Shown here: positions 8,850 to 18,445 of the stretch, piece after piece
Numbering within the stretch: the first letter of the stretch is position 1
How the letters are laid out: every line of letters begins with the position of its first letter
Assembly: GCA_002498125.1 (NCBI GenBank)
Contig: DAGG01000032.1
Coordinates: forward strand, 10,373-74,372
Length of the DNA stretch: 64,000 nucleotides
Direction of reading: 5' to 3'
Source of the DNA: Candidatus Woesearchaeota archaeon UBA525
Lineage (GTDB): Archaea > Nanobdellota > Nanobdellia > Woesearchaeales > UBA525
Notes under the pieces: model-generated
The model's input: only the letters and a program-made list of their open reading frames with translations
Databases searched by the model: none
What the model was told of the DNA's origin: nothing
Position numbers and translations under genes: made by a program

Positions 8850-11330
8850 CCTAGTTCGGTAAAGACCGCCTATAGTATAATAAAGTAACTCAAGAAGCTG
8901 AAAGTGGGTGTCTGAAAGTCGTGTTACTGGCGAAAGAACGTCCGCAGTCCACATATTTCCCAGTTTCACGAATACTGGATCCGTTACGAAAAGAAAAACA
9001 TTCCCTAAGCTGGTATGGAATTTCGTTCTGCACCGCACAATGAACGCTGATTGAAACTCCTGTGTTATCGCCCTAGAAACACACAAGGGAGGAATCAGCT
9101 TTCAAAATATAGAGGCTCATTTTCATCTTCGCCTTATCTCCGCCCACGTAATCAAGTTCTTGTAACTTAAACTCGCGTTCTCCTGCCCAATTCTCCAGAA
9201 ATTCTGTAGGGGAACTCGTGAAACCCGTTTGCCGATGATATCGTTGAATCGAAAGAGGCGTTTGATTCAGAGTCAGCGCGATCACACCAGGCTTCTTTAG
9301 GCGCTCGTACCCCAAATTCAACTCACGGATATAAGCAGGGGAAAGGTGACCAAGCCAATCGAGAAAAATGAAATTAAAACTCTTCTGCGTGTCACGTAGT
9401 GCCCTTTCAGCGGTGCCGAAGAACAACTCAGCACCGGACAATGAATTCCCATTCAGAAGATCGTTAACACCACGCAAATTCTTAATCCTCTTCATCACTG
9501 CATAATTACGAGCATTCCGCTCCGGAATGAGAGAAGCACTCGTGTCGATGGAAGCATGCTGCGCGAGAGCAAAGTAACTACCGAATGCAGGCCCCTCCAA
9601 CCCAAAGTATGCTAAGCGATGATCGCCAAAATAATCAGCCACCTCCTTTGCGAGAAGCTCACGAACGCTCCTTTTCTCGCCAGATGAGAAAGTATAGAAT
9701 CCCAATGTACCGAGATCCAGTCCTTCTTTCGATAGATATCTGTTCAAAACCTTAGAAGAATAGTTCCCCCGCGCACGCCGCGTTCTCGAAACAAGGGGAC
9801 CTCCGAGAGCATCGGTGAATTTGAGATGCTTGACCCTCTTAAAATCAGAATCCTTCGAAATGACATCACCAATAGCTCTCGCTGGACTGCTGGAATAGAC
9901 ATACAGTGCCCCTGCGGCTGTCGTTTCCCACACATTAAGCGGGAGCGTTTCCATGGTTTCGACGTTAAATGAGGGAAGGAGTTGTTCGAAACCCTCCTTA
10001 GATGTGGCGTCGACATTTCGCTGTTCAGCCACGTGAACAATAAATTTCTTCATCATCGCACGAGCGAGATCGTTCGGTTTGCCACGCGGAAGTCCTTTAC
10101 CCGAGAGGCCCGATCCCTCACTCCATAGATAATATACCTTGGGAAAATCGTATCTGGCGATACCTACCTCTTTGATCTTGGAGAATTCCGGTCGCCGATC
10201 AACTGCATCAAGTATTGCATCTATATGGCTCCCTTGATAGACGCTACTCAACATACCGCCAAGGGTCGTTCCCCAGTAGCTTATCGGCACATCAATGAAC
10301 TGTTTATAATCAAAAACAGGCAAGAGCCTTTTGAATCCTTCAACCGTGGTGCAATCCACACTATACTCTTCTGCAAAGAGCTTAATGCGCAGAGCAGTCG
10401 CTTGCCAAGCGAGAGGAGTAGGCAATCCATACTTGTCCTTCCAACAGTTCTGGCCTGACAAATCATAACGTTCCACCCCTATATTTTTGATAAGAACCAA
10501 TTCGTCATCATTATTGACCAGATCGATAACCGCATCGCAAGGGCTACAATGGTACGCTCTATTGAGCATGCCGCCAAGAGTCGTACCCCAGACATTAATC
10601 GGGACCTTACTGAATGCTTTCGCAGTCAGTGCAGGAATGAGCTCGCGAAAGCCGGATGGAGACGTATAATCAATATCATTACGACGGGCCATTGTGCGAA
10701 GAAATTCTTTCGTCGCCTGGCGAGCCAAAGGCGTTGGATTCTTGTGTTCATCGAACCAACACGGCGATTTCTTGAAATCATATAGATTCAATCCCGCATC
10801 ACGGATAAGTTTAAAGTCTCTGTCAGTGTTAATAGTCTCAAGAACGGCATCGTTACACCCATAACCAGGCTGCAACAATCCCACCAAGGTAGTCCCCCAG
10901 GAATTAATAGGTTTCTTGAATGCCCTGGAAACATGGGGTAAAATCTCTCTGAATCCGTCGATAGTTGTACAATCAACATCATGCGCACGCGCCAGAAAAT
11001 GTAGGAGCTCTTTCACTGCAGCACATCTATAAGGGAGGCCACCATAAGGCGATGATTGCCAAATTCTAAAAGTTCCAGGAAAATCATACGCCTGTATACT
11101 CATCCCTTCATCCCGCAATATGGAGGCAAGCAATTCTGCATCGTCGACGCGAAATAATGTTTTGAAGTTCGCAATGATTCTCGGTCCATGGATACGCGAC
11201 TGCTCTAAAATAGCATCTAGATCGTTAACCTCTTCGCGCATATAGAGAGGAAGCATCAGAGGTTTAAATTATTTACTCATAAGTAGTAATTTTTCTTCCA
11301 GCAACAGAACGTATAAATCCGCAAAACAAG
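8850..11330. mobile_element. low-GC genomic islet at the 3' end of tRNA-Tyr (no integrase seen)
   Basis: Clearly more AT-rich than the flanks; abuts the tRNA 3' end. Confidence 0.55.
9073..11256 (-). CDS. protein with four ~100-aa repeats (DUF4046-like) and a C-terminal methyltransferase-like domain
   Basis: Repeated core PINxWGTTLGGML..Y..SP..A; C-terminal AYFGLEGP, FNFIFLDWLG, LKKPGVIALT. Confidence 0.7.
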   Translation of the reverse strand: MLPLYMREEVNDLDAILEQSRIHGPRIIANFKTLFRVDDAELLASILRDEGMSIQAYDFPGTFRIWQSSPYGGLPYRCAAVKELLHFLARAHDVDCTTIDGFREILPHVSRAFKKPINSWGTTLVGLLQPGYGCNDAVLETINTDRDFKLIRDAGLNLYDFKKSPCWFDEHKNPTPLARQATKEFLRTMARRNDIDYTSPSGFRELIPALTAKAFSKVPINVWGTTLGGMLNRAYHCSPCDAVIDLVNNDDELVLIKNIGVERYDLSGQNCWKDKYGLPTPLAWQATALRIKLFAEEYSVDCTTVEGFKRLLPVFDYKQFIDVPISYWGTTLGGMLSSVYQGSHIDAILDAVDRRPEFSKIKEVGIARYDFPKVYYLWSEGSGLSGKGLPRGKPNDLARAMMKKFIVHVAEQRNVDATSKEGFEQLLPSFNVETMETLPLNVWETTAAGALYVYSSSPARAIGDVISKDSDFKRVKHLKFTDALGGPLVSRTRRARGNYSSKVLNRYLSKEGLDLGTLGFYTFSSGEKRSVRELLAKEVADYFGDHRLAYFGLEGPAFGSYFALAQHASIDTSASLIPERNARNYAVMKRIKNLRGVNDLLNGNSLSGAELFFGTAERALRDTQKSFNFIFLDWLGHLSPAYIRELNLGYERLKKPGVIALTLNQTPLSIQRYHRQTGFTSSPTEFLENWAGEREFKLQELDYVGGDKAKMKMSLYILKADSSLVCF

Positions 11331-11335
11331 AAAAG

Positions 11336-11459
11336 TCCCCCCGGCCGGATTTGAACCAGCAACCTCCCGGGATCGGCTAAGTGCGGATCATGTATGGAGA
11401 TGGTCTCCTGTTCACCGCACTATCTACAGCCGAGCGCTCTGCCGTTGAGCTACAGGGGG
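11336..11459 (-). tRNA. tRNA-Tyr(GUA) with a ~52-nt anticodon-loop intron (11372-11423)
   Basis: C1:G72 CCCCCTG/CGGGGGG acceptor, CTCGG-CTGTAG, GCTGG-TTCAAAT-CCGGC; intron stem AGTGCGG/CCGCACT. Confidence 0.88.
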
Positions 11460-11552
11460 CTATGCTCCCGAAACTGCGGACTCCTATTTAAAGGTTGAGG
11501 AGAAAGGAAAAAGAGGACTGCCTCCTGCCGACGGAGGCGCGGTCTCTTGGCG

Positions 11553-12137
11553 TCATGCTGCCTGCTTGAGCATCTTGCTCAGCTGCTCGATGTTCTGCTG
11601 TCGCACAGGTTCACCGTAGTGGCGCGCGGGCTCAGTCCACCAGTTCACGTTCTCGAGGAACTTCAGACTGGATTCGTACCAAGCACGGTTTTCGGGGAGA
11701 CCGAGCTCCTTGCGCAGCAAATCGTTGCGCAAGAGGAAATCATCGCGGCCTGCATTGTACACATCGGCGTCGGCGAGTATCATGTCGAGCACGCTCCGCG
11801 GGTTCTGCGGTATCTTCGTACCACCTACAATCATGTCCGCCATGACGTCGACCTCCCACTGCTTGTAGCCGAGGCGCGGCAGGTAGAGCCTGCCGTACAT
11901 CGCGCTCTGCTCCTCGTTATCGCTCGCCCCTCCCACATGGATGATGTCATGGATGAGACCTGCCGTTTCTTCAAGGTGCACGAGCTCCTCATCCATACCG
12001 ATAAGGCGAGCGAAGCGGCCCGCTGTCTGCGAGACATCATCGGCATGGAGCGGGTTATGGTACTCTTTACGTGGCATGTCGCGCCACACGAGGTCCCTCA
12101 CAGCTCTCAGTTGCATCTTCGTGTTCATCTTATTCAC
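11553..12137 (-). CDS. HD-domain metal-dependent phosphohydrolase
   Basis: YHNPLH, AGLIHD, NEEQSA, ILADAD. Confidence 0.85.
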   Translation of the reverse strand: MNKMNTKMQLRAVRDLVWRDMPRKEYHNPLHADDVSQTAGRFARLIGMDEELVHLEETAGLIHDIIHVGGASDNEEQSAMYGRLYLPRLGYKQWEVDVMADMIVGGTKIPQNPRSVLDMILADADVYNAGRDDFLLRNDLLRKELGLPENRAWYESSLKFLENVNWWTEPARHYGEPVRQQNIEQLSKMLKQAA

Positions 12138-12193
12138 CTGGCTTTCGCCTAGAGGTGGAGAGTTATTCTAGATATAAGAAACAAATGAGCATA

Positions 12194-12206
12194 AAATACG
12201 GTATTT
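12194..12206. promoter_or_regulatory. palindromic operator candidate AAATAC-G-GTATTT in the divergent HD/Lrp promoter
   Basis: Perfect 6-bp inverted repeat in an AT-rich intergenic region next to an Lrp gene. Confidence 0.35.
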
Positions 12207-12239
12207 ACGCAATATTTTAATAGTTAATATCGTATATCA

Positions 12240-13241
12240 ATGAAAATGCGCTTCCTCCAGCAGGTACCACAGGACAACCGCGTCAGCCTCGACCTCAAGG
12301 ACAAGAAGATACTCACCGCGCTCAGTCAGGAGGCACGGACCCCGGCCACAGCGATGGCGAAGATCGCGGGCCTCTCGCGTGATTCTGTCCAGTACCGCAT
12401 CAACAGGCTCACGAAAGCAGGCGTCATCCAAGGATACAGGACAGTCATAGATATCGGCAAGTTCGGCTATGACGCCTACCACCTCTTCCTGCGCCTCAAC
12501 CAACCGACGAGAGAGATAGAGGAGGATCTCGTCAAACGGTTCCAAAAATACCCGTTCGCGCGCGCAGTAATCACCTGCCGCGGCAAGTACGATTTCGAGC
12601 TCGCGATGGTCGCGAAGACACCACAGGAGTTCGACGGCATACTCGACCAGGTACTCAAGGACTGCGGCAGGCACCTGCAAGAGTACGACGTGCACATCAA
12701 GACGCGGTCGTACGTCGCCCACACCCTACCGCCGGGGTTCCACGCTACGAAGCAGACAGCGAAGCGGCAGGGCAAGCCCGTCGTGCTGGACGTGACCGAT
12801 GGCAAGGTACTGCGCGCGCTCGCAGACGACCCGTTGTCACCGTACTTCCGCATCGCTGAGAAGGCGGGCGTTTCGCATGACACTGTGCAGCACCGGGTCA
12901 AGCGCATGCTTGAAGCGGGCGTGATACTCAAGACCGTCCCGGTCATCAACTACGCTGCGCTCAACTATAGCGTCTACACCCTGCTCGTGCGCTTCAATGG
13001 CCTTGCGCGGGAGGAGATGCTCGCCGCGGCACTGCGTGATGACAAGCACATCTTATGGGCAGTGAAGTGCGTCGGCCGCTACAACCTGCTCATGTACGTG
13101 TGCGTCCAGAACACTGACGAACTCAATGAGACGCTCAGCGGCCTGCGATCACGATTCTCAGAGGCAATCATGGACTACGAGGTCCTCATCGCCTACGAGG
13201 AGTACAAGTACACGTACTTCCCTGACTACGCGCTCTTGTGA
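12240..13241 (+). CDS. Lrp/AsnC family regulator with two tandem HTH-RAM units
   Basis: LDLKDKKILTAL..YRINRL..GVI and LDVTDGKVLRAL..HRVKRM..GVI. Confidence 0.9.
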   Translation: MKMRFLQQVPQDNRVSLDLKDKKILTALSQEARTPATAMAKIAGLSRDSVQYRINRLTKAGVIQGYRTVIDIGKFGYDAYHLFLRLNQPTREIEEDLVKRFQKYPFARAVITCRGKYDFELAMVAKTPQEFDGILDQVLKDCGRHLQEYDVHIKTRSYVAHTLPPGFHATKQTAKRQGKPVVLDVTDGKVLRALADDPLSPYFRIAEKAGVSHDTVQHRVKRMLEAGVILKTVPVINYAALNYSVYTLLVRFNGLAREEMLAAALRDDKHILWAVKCVGRYNLLMYVCVQNTDELNETLSGLRSRFSEAIMDYEVLIAYEEYKYTYFPDYALL

Positions 13242-13263
13242 GAACGAGGTGCACCCCGTCCAA

Positions 13264-13722
13264 CTACCCCGAACGCGCGAGTTGGACCTCGTTCATGCAA
13301 GTCTCGACACTGTTCGATACATAACTATTGAAGTAAAGCTTGTTGCAGATCGAGGGGTCGTCCAGTTTTACTGCGAATTTTGTATAGCACTCCTCAATGT
13401 CCACCACGAGTCCTTCGCAGAGCGAAGGATTATCAGACCACCAGTAAGGATGGTCCGCGACCGCGATAGACAACCATATACTCTGGAAGAAAAGCGGCAG
13501 GATGAGGATGATTATCACCAAGAGGACTCCGCGAAAAAGAGTTACTCCTTTCGCCTTGACGAGCAATACTACACCAATCCCCATGCAAAGCAAGAGGAGT
13601 AGAATCATAAGCAAGGACGCCCACCAGGACCACGTCATGAATAGCATGACGAGCGACACAATGAACAGTATCGCACCAGAGAATACGAAGTACTTGCTGA
13701 ACCTGTAGTAGTCCATGGTCAC
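13264..13722 (-). CDS. membrane protein with a Cys-containing extracellular domain
   Basis: Three hydrophobic helices; NPSLC..ECY..DDPSIC motif. Confidence 0.7.
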   Translation of the reverse strand: MTMDYYRFSKYFVFSGAILFIVSLVMLFMTWSWWASLLMILLLLLCMGIGVVLLVKAKGVTLFRGVLLVIIILILPLFFQSIWLSIAVADHPYWWSDNPSLCEGLVVDIEECYTKFAVKLDDPSICNKLYFNSYVSNSVETCMNEVQLARSG

Positions 13723-15149
13723 CGGTCCTTGAACTTCTCCACTAACTCAATATTATTGGAGTAGACAGCACGCTCCTTACCACCAACAGTGTAGCGGATG
13801 CGGGCGTTAGGGAGCTTCATGCGGCCGATAATCTTCAGCTTCGACTTCACCTGGTAGGTCAATATCCTCTCCTCGAAGGGCTCGAGCACCTCGAGGTCCC
13901 AGCGCAAGAGTGTGCCCTGTTTGTCGGAAACAGCTATCTTGGTCGGCGCGATGCTACCTGGCGACTGCGTCTTAAGGACCTCTGCAAGCGACGGGACACG
14001 GTCAGTGACCTGGATTCCCTGGATGAGCTTGGCGCTGCGGTTCTTCACGAAGACGCGCACCTTGATATCAGACACTCCCTCGGTGTGCGCTATCGCCACG
14101 GCCTCCTTGAGCGCGACTACTGGGCTGCGCAGCATGATGTAGAGTACTACGCCGAGGAGCGCGAGAAGCACAAGCAGGACGAGGATCCTGTAGTTCTCGG
14201 TGTAGCCGAACTCCCTGGTCTCCTCAGCACCCAGCGGTATGCGCCAGAGCAGCACACGCTGCCCGTCACGCACCTCGTTCTCGTACGGCAGCGATGAGCT
14301 GACGAACAGGCTCTTGACAAGCGACGTCGGAACAGTAACCACAGCAGTGTTCTGGATATTACCGTTGTTCATGATCGTGATGGTCTTGGCCGTCTTGAAG
14401 AAGAACGCATCCTGGGTCACTTGCTCCCTGATCTCGGTGTACTCCTTGATGCGGTAGTTTCGCGCGAGCTGGTTCACGACCTCGCCGTTGTAGATGAGCT
14501 GCACGCGAAGCTCTCCCTCGCCAGGGCTGGTGCGCGGGTCGAGCATGATGCCGGTGATGTCCTTCGTCCTCTCAGAGAGTGGCGCGAGCGTCATCGAGCT
14601 CGTGGTCTCAAAGTGCGTGGCACCGACGAGGATAGTGAGGTTCGTGATGTTCAGGGGATTGCGGTTGCGCACTTGCAAGCGCAGCGGGACCGGCTCACGC
14701 GGGTCGATGTCGTATGGAACGAGAATGTCGAGCGCGACTGTCGGAGCGTACTCCTTGTCAGGCACGCCGTACTGCCTCATAGTGAGGAGAAGCGTCTTCC
14801 TCTGGACCTCGCCAGTGTCTAGGTTGCGGAAGTTCACATTCACTCCCTGCGTGCCAGGGTTCGCGGTGCTCGAGGGCCGCAGCGAGAGCTTCACGCTCTT
14901 CTGCGATTCGGGCATCACAACCAGGTTGAGCGGCTCGAGCTTCACGTTCCAGTTCGGATCAATGGTGAATATCTGGAAGTCGGCAGGCGATGCGTCGAAG
15001 TTGCTAATCGAGACCTCGTAGGTAGCACTCTCGTTGCGCAGTATGTCCACATCGATAGGTGTCACGACGACGCCATATGCCGCGTGGACAGCAGGAGCTA
15101 TGAGAATCAAGAGAAGGACCGTCACTAGCCACCGCTGCACGCAAACCAC
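13719..15149 (-). CDS. secreted, membrane-anchored Ig-like (S-layer/CARDB-like) protein with a cytoplasmic C-terminal domain
   Basis: Signal peptide (AVHA), beta-rich domains, internal TM helix, C-terminal VTDRVP..LRWDL..LEPFEERILTY. Confidence 0.7.
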   Translation of the reverse strand: MVCVQRWLVTVLLLILIAPAVHAAYGVVVTPIDVDILRNESATYEVSISNFDASPADFQIFTIDPNWNVKLEPLNLVVMPESQKSVKLSLRPSSTANPGTQGVNVNFRNLDTGEVQRKTLLLTMRQYGVPDKEYAPTVALDILVPYDIDPREPVPLRLQVRNRNPLNITNLTILVGATHFETTSSMTLAPLSERTKDITGIMLDPRTSPGEGELRVQLIYNGEVVNQLARNYRIKEYTEIREQVTQDAFFFKTAKTITIMNNGNIQNTAVVTVPTSLVKSLFVSSSLPYENEVRDGQRVLLWRIPLGAEETREFGYTENYRILVLLVLLALLGVVLYIMLRSPVVALKEAVAIAHTEGVSDIKVRVFVKNRSAKLIQGIQVTDRVPSLAEVLKTQSPGSIAPTKIAVSDKQGTLLRWDLEVLEPFEERILTYQVKSKLKIIGRMKLPNARIRYTVGGKERAVYSNNIELVEKFKDR

Positions 15150-15219
15150 CTTGCTTCAATCGGAGAAAGTGTATATTTAAAGGTTATGGTAGTTTCAGAC
15201 GAGGAAAAGTGATTATAAA

Positions 15220-15293
15220 CGGGGCTGGCCGGATTCGAACCGGCGACCCCATGCACCCCAAGCATGGATCATACCAAGCTAGACCACAGCCCC
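15220..15293 (-). tRNA. tRNA-Pro(GGG)
   Basis: GGGGCTG/CAGCCCC acceptor, CATGC-TTGGGGT-GCATG anticodon arm, TTCGAAT. Confidence 0.94.
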
Positions 15294-15387
15294 GCAGTCT
15301 ATAATGAACCGGACCGAGAACGAGTTTATAAGGGTTGCTGCGGCCTTACTATAAAGAAATTTAAGCAAGGACACACCTCCAAAGTCC

Positions 15388-16167
15388 ATGGAGGGGCTTG
15401 ATGCGTTAGCGATGCTCTTGATGGAATGTTCTCCTGGCGATGCCACGAATCGGCGGGCAGCGTACTGGGACTCAACAGTCAAGATCACCACGATACCGGA
15501 ACGCTGCTCAGATGACCGACAGCGCTACCAAGGCAGCGGCCTCCTCCTCACCACAGACGGATATTTCGTCACGAACCTGCACGTGCTCGACGCGAAGCAG
15601 GCGACCATCGAGTTCCACGGCGGCCTGCTTGGAGAGAACGTATACGCGACATCACTCGAGAAACGGCTCATAAAACTCGAGCGCTACGACCTGATCCTCG
15701 GCAAGTGCACCATCCCTGAAGCTGCGAAAGAGCACATCGTCCCGCCGGTGCTCGCAGACAAGACGCCCGGACTGAAAGACGAGGTACGAGTCTATGGCTT
15801 CAAGCACGAAGTGGTCGAGGAACGTGTGGGGAAAGTGCTCGGCCAGCACGGCAGGATGCGGCTGTGCGCAGATGGAAGCATAGTGACGCAATCCTACAGG
15901 GTGTTCAGCAAGAGCGGCAGCGGGGCCTCTCTCATGGACAACGCTCCTGAAGTGAGCTGGTTCAGCGATGCGCGTGTAGAGCAGGGCTTCAGCGGAGGAG
16001 CAGTGGTGCACGCCGCGTTGGGAACGCTCATGGGCATCACAGTAACCAAGCTCGAGATGACCAGCTTCCTCGGAACTGTGTACGAGCATGGCTACATCGC
16101 GGTTGATGGCCTGCGGAAGCTTCTGAGTATCTACCTGCGCACGCTAGGGTTCGCTATCCCGCGATGA
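15388..16167 (+). CDS. trypsin-like (S1) serine protease
   Basis: GSGLL, VTNLHV (His), YDL (Asp), GFSGG (Ser). Confidence 0.8.
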   Translation: MEGLDALAMLLMECSPGDATNRRAAYWDSTVKITTIPERCSDDRQRYQGSGLLLTTDGYFVTNLHVLDAKQATIEFHGGLLGENVYATSLEKRLIKLERYDLILGKCTIPEAAKEHIVPPVLADKTPGLKDEVRVYGFKHEVVEERVGKVLGQHGRMRLCADGSIVTQSYRVFSKSGSGASLMDNAPEVSWFSDARVEQGFSGGAVVHAALGTLMGITVTKLEMTSFLGTVYEHGYIAVDGLRKLLSIYLRTLGFAIPR

Positions 16168-18234
16168 TCACACTGCTATCTCGACCACTGAGCCATCGCC
16201 AGTCTTGCGCACTCTGATGATGTGGTCGACAAAACCCTCAAGCTGCTGCTCGTGGCTGACAAGGACTATCTGCTCCATGCGCAGCTCCTGCAGGACATCG
16301 CGAACGCGCTCAAGTTGCTCTGCGGAGAAGCCGTCCGTGGGCTCATCAAGCATGATAAGGCCTGAAGTCCCTAAGGAAGGCTGGAGGACATGTATAGTGT
16401 GAACGAGCGCGAGACGGTAGGCGAGGCTGACTGCTGTGCGCTCGCCGCCTGAGAGGAACGCGACATCAGTCTCGTAGCCGTGCTGGAGCATGAGCGGCGC
16501 GAACTCGTGGTCGATGCGCGTCGTGAGCGCGTCATCTTCGATGAGGCGTGAGAACCATTGACGGAAGACGGCGTCGAACGTCGCGTGGATCGACATGAGC
16601 ACGTGACGCTCCACTGTCGCGGTGAACGGTGAGAACTGACGCGATACCCATGCGCGCAATTGCGCATCACGTTCCATGCCCGAACGGCGCTGCTGTATCT
16701 CAGCGTCTATCTCTGCAAGGCGCTTCTCGCTATCGACAAGCTCACGTTCCTCCTGCTCGAGACGCGCGAGGTGCTTCTCGACCTCAAGGAGCTGCTGCCT
16801 CGCGCGCTGCAGGACACTCTTCGCCTCTGCGAGCAGCTGTTCAATCACGCGCATCCTGCCGCTGTCTGCCTGGGCCGCTGGCGGCTTGGCGAGCTCGCGT
16901 TTGGAGACCATCGCGGTCTCGATGAGAGCGATTTCCTCCTCGTGCTGCTTGACCGATTGCTCGTGCATCGTAAGCTGTGTCCTCACCTCCGCCATCTGCC
17001 GACGGCGGTCGAGCTCTGCGTTCATGCGCGCCATTTCCTGACGCTGGACTGCTATACGCTTCGCGAGGATATCGCGCTTGCGCTGCGCCGCCACAAGCTG
17101 CGCCGCGAGCGCCCCGCGCACGTCATTGATGTGCTGTGCAGAGACACTCTGCCTGCACGTCGGACAGGTGCTTCCAGCCTCGACTTGCGGGCCGTGGTTG
17201 CACTGCTCAATGAGGCCGAGCACCTTGCCTTCGTCCTGCTTGAGCGCCTCGATCCCTTGCATCGCCTGCTTCACGCTCTCCTGAAGCATGTCTGTCTCGA
17301 TTGTTCCGTCCAATTCCTTGGTGTAGAGTTCGAGCGCCTGAGTGAAACGCTTGCGCTGCTCCTGCGCAGTCCCGAGCATGCGCTTCTTCATCGCGTGCCG
17401 CTGCTCGAGCTGCTGCAGCTCCGCCTCGATGAGCTTGCGGCTGCGCTCTTGCATCGCTGCTATCTGCTGCTCGTGCTGCGCAGCGGCGCGGTCGCGTTCG
17501 AGCGCTGTGACTCGATGCTCTGATTCCTGGGATGCGGCCGCGAACTTCGTGCGCTCGCCTGTGAATAGTTCTTGCTGCTTGCGCAGCTCATCACGCCGTG
17601 CGAGGCGCTGCTTCAGGCGTTCGCTCTCCTGCTGCAGGCGCGGGAGTATTCCCTCCTGGACCTGCTCGCGCTCGCGCAGCCCCTTGGCGAGGAGATGTGC
17701 GTTGTCGCGCGCGATCCTGTACGCGTCGATGTTGAAGATGCGCCTGATAGTCTCCAGGCGCTCCTCGCTGCCCTGGATGAGGATTGCCTTCATCTCCTCC
17801 TGGGGAGTGTAAAGCGTGAAGCGGTAGAGGAGGTTGCGCTGCTTGCTGAGGAACTGGAGTGGGTAGCCGAGGAGCTCGTAGACGCGCGCGCGCAGTTCGC
17901 TCGGCGTGAGCATCTCGCGTCCTGCCACGGTCTCAATCCAGCCAGTGTCCTGGCTGACGCCGGTGGCGTTGCGCTTGAGCGTGCGCGTGATGGAGTAGAC
18001 TGCATCGGTGCTGAAGGAAAGCGTGACGCGCCCGTCGCTCGCACCGTGGCGCAATAGGGCACTCCCGACGAGTTCGCCGCGGCTGAGGCCGAAGAGCGCG
18101 AACTCTATCGCGTGCAGCAGCGTGGATTTGCCTGCGCCGATGTCGCCTGAGAGGAGCGTGATGCCGCCGGGGAACTCGAGCTTGAGGTCGCGGTAGGACC
18201 TGATGTTCTTGAGCTCGAGGGAGATGAGGCGCAT
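16168..18234 (-). CDS. rad50: Rad50/SbcC-like SMC ATPase
   Basis: Walker A GDIGAGKS, coiled coil, zinc hook CPTC, LSGGE, LDEPT, VSH. Confidence 0.85.
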   Translation of the reverse strand: MRLISLELKNIRSYRDLKLEFPGGITLLSGDIGAGKSTLLHAIEFALFGLSRGELVGSALLRHGASDGRVTLSFSTDAVYSITRTLKRNATGVSQDTGWIETVAGREMLTPSELRARVYELLGYPLQFLSKQRNLLYRFTLYTPQEEMKAILIQGSEERLETIRRIFNIDAYRIARDNAHLLAKGLREREQVQEGILPRLQQESERLKQRLARRDELRKQQELFTGERTKFAAASQESEHRVTALERDRAAAQHEQQIAAMQERSRKLIEAELQQLEQRHAMKKRMLGTAQEQRKRFTQALELYTKELDGTIETDMLQESVKQAMQGIEALKQDEGKVLGLIEQCNHGPQVEAGSTCPTCRQSVSAQHINDVRGALAAQLVAAQRKRDILAKRIAVQRQEMARMNAELDRRRQMAEVRTQLTMHEQSVKQHEEEIALIETAMVSKRELAKPPAAQADSGRMRVIEQLLAEAKSVLQRARQQLLEVEKHLARLEQEERELVDSEKRLAEIDAEIQQRRSGMERDAQLRAWVSRQFSPFTATVERHVLMSIHATFDAVFRQWFSRLIEDDALTTRIDHEFAPLMLQHGYETDVAFLSGGERTAVSLAYRLALVHTIHVLQPSLGTSGLIMLDEPTDGFSAEQLERVRDVLQELRMEQIVLVSHEQQLEGFVDHIIRVRKTGDGSVVEIAV

Positions 18235-18294
18235 GGCTTGATAGAACAGAGGATGGTTTAAATTGGCTTCGCTCAGATGTCCTCTGCACTCTTT

Positions 18295-18396
18295 GTGCTG
18301 CGGAGTTCATACCTTCATCAGGTTTCAGCCCGTCACTGTCAACTTCGAACTCCGTTCTCGTTGTCGCCGGGCTTCAGGATTGCTCCAAGGCAGCAC
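18295..18396 (-). ncRNA. novel structured RNA motif, copy A
   Basis: GTGCTGC-CTT-GGAG-CAATC-CTGA-AGCCCG-GCGA-CAAC..GTTG-ACAGTGA-CGGGCT-GAAAC..CTCC-GCAGCAC; homologous to three other copies. Confidence 0.75.
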
Positions 18397-18445
18397 CGGA
18401 GTTACTGGTTAAGTCACTAAGTTACATAAAGAATATGCAGAACGC

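Noticed and set aside
8850-11336. att direct repeat or integrase for the islet
   Set aside because: No copy of the tRNA-Tyr 3' end was found at the far boundary, and there is no recombinase ORF
18295-18396. Calling the four-copy motif a hammerhead ribozyme
   Set aside because: CUGA is followed directly by the stem (no N-G-A), copy D has CCGA/GAGA, and I see no stem III with an NUH site
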